Shown here in pieces: positions 61,684-64,000 of a DNA stretch of 64,000 bases; positions within the stretch are counted from its first letter, which is position 1; every line of letters begins with the position of its first letter. This DNA comes from an uncultured Pelagibacteraceae bacterium. GTDB lineage: Bacteria > Pseudomonadota > Alphaproteobacteria > Pelagibacterales > Pelagibacteraceae. The position numbers and the translations under genes are program-made. The stretch spans positions 22,608-86,607 of the forward strand of contig CACBRD010000001.1 of the NCBI GenBank assembly GCA_902541515.1. The letters run 5' to 3'. The notes beneath the pieces are model-generated. The model had not been told where the DNA came from. It made no database searches and saw only the letters and a list, made by a program, of their open reading frames with translations.

Positions 61684-62268
61684 TTATTCACGCTCATTGT
61701 CAGAGGTCGAAGAACGATAAGGTTTATAATTTTTATCCTTTGACATTTTTTTATATACAGCTGCTTTTGCAAGAATTTGTTTTGTAATTTCTTTTCTAAG
61801 TTGCCCATCTTGTTTATTTATTTTACAATTATTTGTGGCTACACATTTTTTGTAAAAAATATCCACATCGATGGCATCTGCTCTCACTTCATTACTTAAA
61901 AATCTAATTGTAATTTTTATGGACTCTTCAACATTTCCTTCTTCTGAGTACCAGTCAGTTATTATTATACCTCCACTATAATTTGCCGATGTTAAAGGCA
62001 TAAAGTTCAATACATCGAGAGATGCTCGCCATAATTCATTTGAACTTGCGAATTCAAAGTTAGTAGCACCACCTCTGTTACCTTTTATGGCATCATTTAT
62101 TCTGAAACCTTTACCTTCCTCTAAGTTTTTCTTAACCCTTTCTTTTGGATCGGGTGAAATTTTTCTTGCGTCTCCAGTCTTAAAGAAACCCTCTTTTGCA
62201 CATGAATTTAGAGTAAAAAATATTAGAAAAAATATAGAGATTTTTTTGGTTTTAACTAATTTAAACAT
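61684..62268 (-). CDS. DUF3576-domain lipoprotein
   Basis: Lipobox LNSC; NELWRASLDVL-FMPL, GGIIITDWY. Confidence 0.8.
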   Translation of the reverse strand: MFKLVKTKKISIFFLIFFTLNSCAKEGFFKTGDARKISPDPKERVKKNLEEGKGFRINDAIKGNRGGATNFEFASSNELWRASLDVLNFMPLTSANYSGGIIITDWYSEEGNVEESIKITIRFLSNEVRADAIDVDIFYKKCVATNNCKINKQDGQLRKEITKQILAKAAVYKKMSKDKNYKPYRSSTSDNERE

Positions 62269-62342
62269 TTAGAATTTTTAAAATGAAATATAAATAAATA
62301 TACATCTAATTATGAAATAATTGAAAAAATTCACTTATATTG

Positions 62343-62360
62343 TGTTGCATAATTGCAACA
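62343..62360. promoter_or_regulatory. palindromic operator-like site upstream of the porin
   Basis: TGTTGCA-TAAT-TGCAACA within the 200-bp divergent intergenic region. Confidence 0.5.
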
Positions 62361-62470
62361 ACATATAAATTAATTGAAAAATAAGGCTAATTAAGGGGTT
62401 TTTTTAAGTAAAAATGATATTTTTCTGACGTTTATTATTAATAACAAACAATTACAAAGGAGTAATTAAT

Positions 62471-63436
62471 ATGAACAACTTTAAAAAAATCGGATTATCA
62501 GCATTAGCTGGTTCTCTAGCGTCTGTCTCTGCACACGCTGCTGAAGTATCAGTATCAGGTAGCGCGTCAATTACTATGGACAGACCAGCCAAAGAGAGGG
62601 CTACAGGAAATGACTTCTCTATGGGTGACAGCCTTGGATTTAATATGAGCGGTGAGACAGACGGTGGTCTTGGTGTTGCTGTTTATTATGAAATCGATGG
62701 TGGTGCATTAGATGATTACGACATGACATTGTCAGGTGACTGGGGATCATTAAAATTTAATGGTTCTGGTTCATCATCAGCATTAGGTGCTATTGACGAT
62801 GTAACTCCAAATGCTTACGAAGAAGCATGGGACATTATTGATACAGATGGAACTGCAACGTCAGGAAGCCCAACTGTAATCGGTGGTGGCGGTGGAGCTA
62901 ACATGTTTATCTACACGTCTCCAGATTTTGGTGGTGCTACTGTTACAGCTGCTTACCAAAACGATGGTGGTGCAGCAGCAGTTGCAGACTCATATCATGA
63001 CTTTGCTATCAAAGTTTCTCCAGAAGCGTTGGAAGGCTTAACGTTAGGTTATGGTGCAGGTTCTGTTCCAGTCGCTGGTAACGATCTAGAGAAAGATAAC
63101 TCTACAATGTACGTTAAATACGCAGTAGGCGGATTTACTATTGGTGCACAATCTTCTGAGTCAGATCATGACACAGCTAGTTCAAGCCAAGAGTCAGTTG
63201 CTTATGGTATTACATATGCTGTAAACGATGATTTCTCTGTTGGTTATAGCTACCATGAGTTAGAGTTTGATGCAGCAGCTACAACTCTAGTTGACCAAGA
63301 ATCAACTGGTATTTCTGCTTCATACACAATGGGTGGAATGACACTTGGTGGTGCTATTAACGAAGTAGATGCTATGGATGGAACTGCAACTAATGACTTC
63401 GAAGGTTATGAGTTCAATCTATCATTTGCATTCTAA
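62471..63436 (+). CDS. outer-membrane porin
   Basis: SD AAAGGAG, signal peptide ending AHA, acidic Gly/Ala/Ser-rich beta-strand pattern, C-terminal Phe (NLSFAF). Confidence 0.85.
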   Translation: MNNFKKIGLSALAGSLASVSAHAAEVSVSGSASITMDRPAKERATGNDFSMGDSLGFNMSGETDGGLGVAVYYEIDGGALDDYDMTLSGDWGSLKFNGSGSSSALGAIDDVTPNAYEEAWDIIDTDGTATSGSPTVIGGGGGANMFIYTSPDFGGATVTAAYQNDGGAAAVADSYHDFAIKVSPEALEGLTLGYGAGSVPVAGNDLEKDNSTMYVKYAVGGFTIGAQSSESDHDTASSSQESVAYGITYAVNDDFSVGYSYHELEFDAAATTLVDQESTGISASYTMGGMTLGGAINEVDAMDGTATNDFEGYEFNLSFAF

Positions 63437-63458
63437 TTAGTTTAGAAAACAAATTATT

Positions 63459-63488
63459 AAAAGGCCCCTTTTTGGGGCCTTTTTTTTT
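63459..63488. terminator. intrinsic terminator, probably bidirectional
   Basis: AAAAGGCCCC-ttttt-GGGGCCTTTTTTTTT between convergent genes. Confidence 0.85.
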
Positions 63489-63999
63489 ATCTAAAATATG
63501 AAATTCCTGCAAAACTTGATACGTTTACTAACTTCAATTTTTTGATATTGCTTTTAGATACACCCCCTAGAGCAACAACATTTTTTTTTGTACACTTTTT
63601 TAATATTTTAAATCTATTAATTCCCAAGTAATTTTTATTTTTTTTGAATAATGAAGATATAAAAATACTTTGAACTCCTTGTAATTCTTTTATTCTGATT
63701 TCCCTTAAGTTGTGTGCAGAGCCAACAACAGTAAAATTATTAGGTAATGTGAATGCTAAATGATCAAATTTTTGATTAAATGAGGGTATATAAACTCCGT
63801 CAAGTCCTAAATTTAATGCTAATCTGAAGTTATTAGCTAAAAAAAATTTGTTTCCTTTCTTGTTCAAAAAATTTTTTAATTTAAGAAGGTTAATTATATT
63901 GATATTTGATGAGGTATAGTTTCTGTAAATGATTATTGTTTCTTTGCTCTGATTTTGTAAATTATTAATATCAAAGCTATTTATAAAGTAATAATTTTT
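63487..63999 (-). CDS. thiamine-phosphate synthase/TenI-like protein, partial (5' end beyond window)
   Basis: Frame stays open to the window end (KNYYFINSFD...IIIYRNY); LDGVYIP, GSAHN, VALGGV, FAGIS. Confidence 0.65.
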   Translation of the reverse strand, partial: KNYYFINSFDINNLQNQSKETIIIYRNYTSSNINIINLLKLKNFLNKKGNKFFLANNFRLALNLGLDGVYIPSFNQKFDHLAFTLPNNFTVVGSAHNLREIRIKELQGVQSIFISSLFKKNKNYLGINRFKILKKCTKKNVVALGGVSKSNIKKLKLVNVSSFAGISYFR

Positions 64000-64000
64000 T

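Noticed and set aside
1749-62272. Many short ORFs in the track overlapping recognised genes (e.g. 1749, 7413, 11764, 15584, 17625, 30453, 33995, 36580, 44962, 60918, 62087)
   Set aside because: Antisense or alternate-frame shadows of well-supported genes with no motifs of their own
1-64000. CRISPR arrays, IS elements, prophage genes, rRNA, riboswitches
   Set aside because: No spaced repeats, transposase, integrase or phage genes seen, and the spacers are too short or unstructured; a covariance-model search was not possible

Overview
Very AT-rich, densely coded alphaproteobacterial chromosome segment. Gene content and order (DUF299-hemE junction, hemE-hemH-hemJ-rho, mnmE-mnmG-rsmG-parA-parB, holA-lptE-leuS-DUF3576-porin, his cluster, hslVU, hemCD/tsaD), tiny intergenic spacers and compact proteins point to SAR11/Candidatus Pelagibacter (inferred, not database-checked). 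The window probably contains the replication origin at about 44.7-45.0 kb, with tandem DnaA-box-like 9-mers followed by DnaA-trio-like repeats, plus a parS site inside rsmG. Most genes are housekeeping. The most interesting accessory parts are: (1) a tightly coupled minus-strand operon at 1-4.6 kb encoding an Fe-S-free bacterial (6-4)-photolyase-type protein, an unannotated 42-aa four-Cys DUF2256 peptide, a secreted CRTAC1-like Ca-binding propeller, a 10-Cys secreted unknown, a class I glutamine amidotransferase and a small membrane protein; (2) two tandem 559-aa GT41 (SPINDLY/OGT-like) glycosyltransferases between rho and mnmE that share a perfect 78-bp tract; (3) an acetyl-CoA synthetase with a histone-like Lys/Arg-rich N-terminal tail; (4) an unannotated 44-aa lipoprotein inside the his operon and a lone sulfotransferase. 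I found one tRNA (Gly-GCC) and no rRNA, CRISPR array, transposase or integrase. All calls come from reading motifs by eye.
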